A stretch of 64,000 nt of DNA from NCBI GenBank assembly GCA_019113245.1, contig DXHU01000013.1:6965-70964 (forward strand), in the 5' to 3' direction. Numbering within the stretch: position 1 is the first letter of the stretch; each line of letters begins with the position of its first letter. Positions 62,706 to 64,000 of this stretch are shown here, piece after piece. Source of the DNA: Candidatus Ornithospirochaeta avicola (lineage in GTDB: Bacteria; Spirochaetota; Spirochaetia; Sphaerochaetales; Sphaerochaetaceae). A program made the position numbers and the translations under genes. The notes below the pieces were generated by a model. It did no database searches. It saw only the letters and a list, made by a program, of their open reading frames with translations, and was not told the DNA's origin.

Positions 62706-64000
62706 ATGGCAGTTAAATACGATGAGGGAAGCATACTTTCCCTTTCTCCTCTTGAACATATACGGCTGCGCCCTGGAATGTATATCGGGCGGCTGGGAAA
62801 CGGATCACATATAGACGATGGAATCTATATCCTCCTGAAAGAGATTATAGACAATGCGATTGACGAGTTTGTAATGCGTCACGGCTCCAGAGTCGTCATT
62901 ACTGTTTTGAACAACAGGGTGTCAGTAAGGGACTATGGAAGAGGAATACCGCTTGGAAGCGTTGTGGACTGCGTGTCAAAGATCAATACTGGAGCAAAAT
63001 ACACAGGAGAGGCCTTCCAGTACTCAGTCGGGCTGAACGGAGTTGGAACCAAGGCAGTCAATGCTCTTTCTTCCTATTTCAAGGTGGTGAGCAATAGAGG
63101 AAAGAAAGCTGTCTCGGCTGTCTTTGAGCGCGGCAAGCTCGTAAAAGAGGAAGCTTTTGATACGGATGAGGCGGACGGAACATACTTTGAGTTTGTCCCG
63201 GATGAAGAGATCTTCGGAGAGTATTCCTACAATATGGATTACATAAGAGAGAGGCTCTGGGCATATGCATATCTGAACATCGGACTGACCATAAGCTTCA
63301 ATAAGGAGATTATCAAGAGCCAGAACGGTCTTATGGACCTTCTTTCAAAGGAGCTTGGAGACAGTGCTCTTTATGAAGTCATACATTACAAGAAAGACAA
63401 TATAGAGTTTGCATTCACCCATACAAACGGGTTTGGAGAAAACTATTTCTCGTATGTCAACGGCCAGCACACATCGGATGGAGGAACTCATCTTGCAGCC
63501 TTCAAAGAAGGAATACTGAAAGGCGTCAATGAGTATTATAAGAAATCCTGGAACGGAAACGAGATTAGAGACGGCATTGTAGGAGCTGTTGCAATAAAGA
63601 TACAGGACCCTGTCTTTGAGAGCCAGACAAAGAACAAGCTCGGCAACACTGATGTGAAGGGCTGGATTGTCTCAGATGTCAAGGAAGCGGTTGTAGATGC
63701 CCTGATGAAGAATACAAAGCTTGCTCAGAGCATACAGGCAAAAATCATATCCAATGAGAAGATCCATAAGGAAGAGCAGCTTGTAAGAAACGGAGCAAGA
63801 GAAAAGGCAAAGAAGACTGCAATAAACATCGAAAAGCTCAAGGAGTGCAAATACCATCTTACTGACAAGGCTGCAGCCCACCGTGCCGAGGCAGAAAAGT
63901 CCATGATATTCCTTACTGAGGGAGACTCTGCAAGCGGAACTATCAACACAGCCCGCGATGCGCGCTACCAGGCAGTCTTCTCTCTTCGTGGAAAGCTTGC
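62706..64000 (+). CDS. parE: Type IIA topoisomerase subunit B, ParE-like (3' end outside window)
   Basis: Not in the ORF track because no stop occurs before the window edge. Manual translation from ATG 62706 gives 'LEHIRLRPGMYIG', 'EIIDNAIDE', 'GLNGVGTKAVNA', 'QTKNKLGN' and 'LTEGDSASG'. It is the second GyrB-family gene besides gyrB. Confidence 0.85.
   Translation, partial: MAVKYDEGSILSLSPLEHIRLRPGMYIGRLGNGSHIDDGIYILLKEIIDNAIDEFVMRHGSRVVITVLNNRVSVRDYGRGIPLGSVVDCVSKINTGAKYTGEAFQYSVGLNGVGTKAVNALSSYFKVVSNRGKKAVSAVFERGKLVKEEAFDTDEADGTYFEFVPDEEIFGEYSYNMDYIRERLWAYAYLNIGLTISFNKEIIKSQNGLMDLLSKELGDSALYEVIHYKKDNIEFAFTHTNGFGENYFSYVNGQHTSDGGTHLAAFKEGILKGVNEYYKKSWNGNEIRDGIVGAVAIKIQDPVFESQTKNKLGNTDVKGWIVSDVKEAVVDALMKNTKLAQSIQAKIISNEKIHKEEQLVRNGAREKAKKTAINIEKLKECKYHLTDKAAAHRAEAEKSMIFLTEGDSASGTINTARDARYQAVFSLRGKL

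Overview
This window covers the chromosomal replication-origin neighbourhood of a moderately AT-rich bacterium. It is probably a Treponema-like spirochaete. That is an inference from gene order and content: gyrA-gyrB lie divergent from dnaA-dnaN-recF, and there is a BspA-type LRR protein, a cyclophilin-FKBP fusion and many lipoproteins with '..SC' lipoboxes. All family calls come from motifs I recognise by eye; no database search was possible.

The core backbone is radA, a PPIase, parB, parA, nifU-like, three parS sites, gyrA and gyrB on the minus strand, then dnaA, a DnaA-box/AT-rich oriC candidate, dnaN, recF, a DUF721 gene, rpmH (missed by the ORF track), rnpA, yidC and jag on the plus strand. 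Housekeeping and metabolic genes follow: perR-rbr, rsmE, ctp, lgt, pepP, gpmI, a large amylase-family gene, pth, nth, a DAHP synthase-prephenate dehydratase fusion, sdaA, leuS, and parE (partial at the window edge).

Two accessory regions stand out.

1. A visibly GC-richer cassette of about 5.6 kb (38091-43649) is bounded by imperfect inverted repeats of about 33-35 bp, each followed on the inside by a hairpin and T-run.
   - It carries an IS4-family transposase, two XRE-type HTH genes, an EcoRI-like N6-adenine methyltransferase, a DUF262-HNH nuclease and a small membrane ORF.
   - The methyltransferase coding region contains a (GACA)11 tract.
   - Two diverged copies of the methyltransferase C-terminal module follow the tract, in different reading frames.
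   - Repeat length is therefore predicted to select between two C-termini or truncation. This is the most unusual signal in the window.
2. An islet at 55070-60072 holds an ABC/AAA15-type ATPase plus Toprim-like gene pair, which is a candidate AbiL/PARIS/OLD-class defence system. It also holds paralogous lipoprotein genes with a conserved 54-nt promoter block and a DUF4143 ATPase.

A second DnaA-box cluster at about 29.1-29.3 kb shares a 15-mer with the oriC candidate. I found no rRNA, tRNA or CRISPR array.
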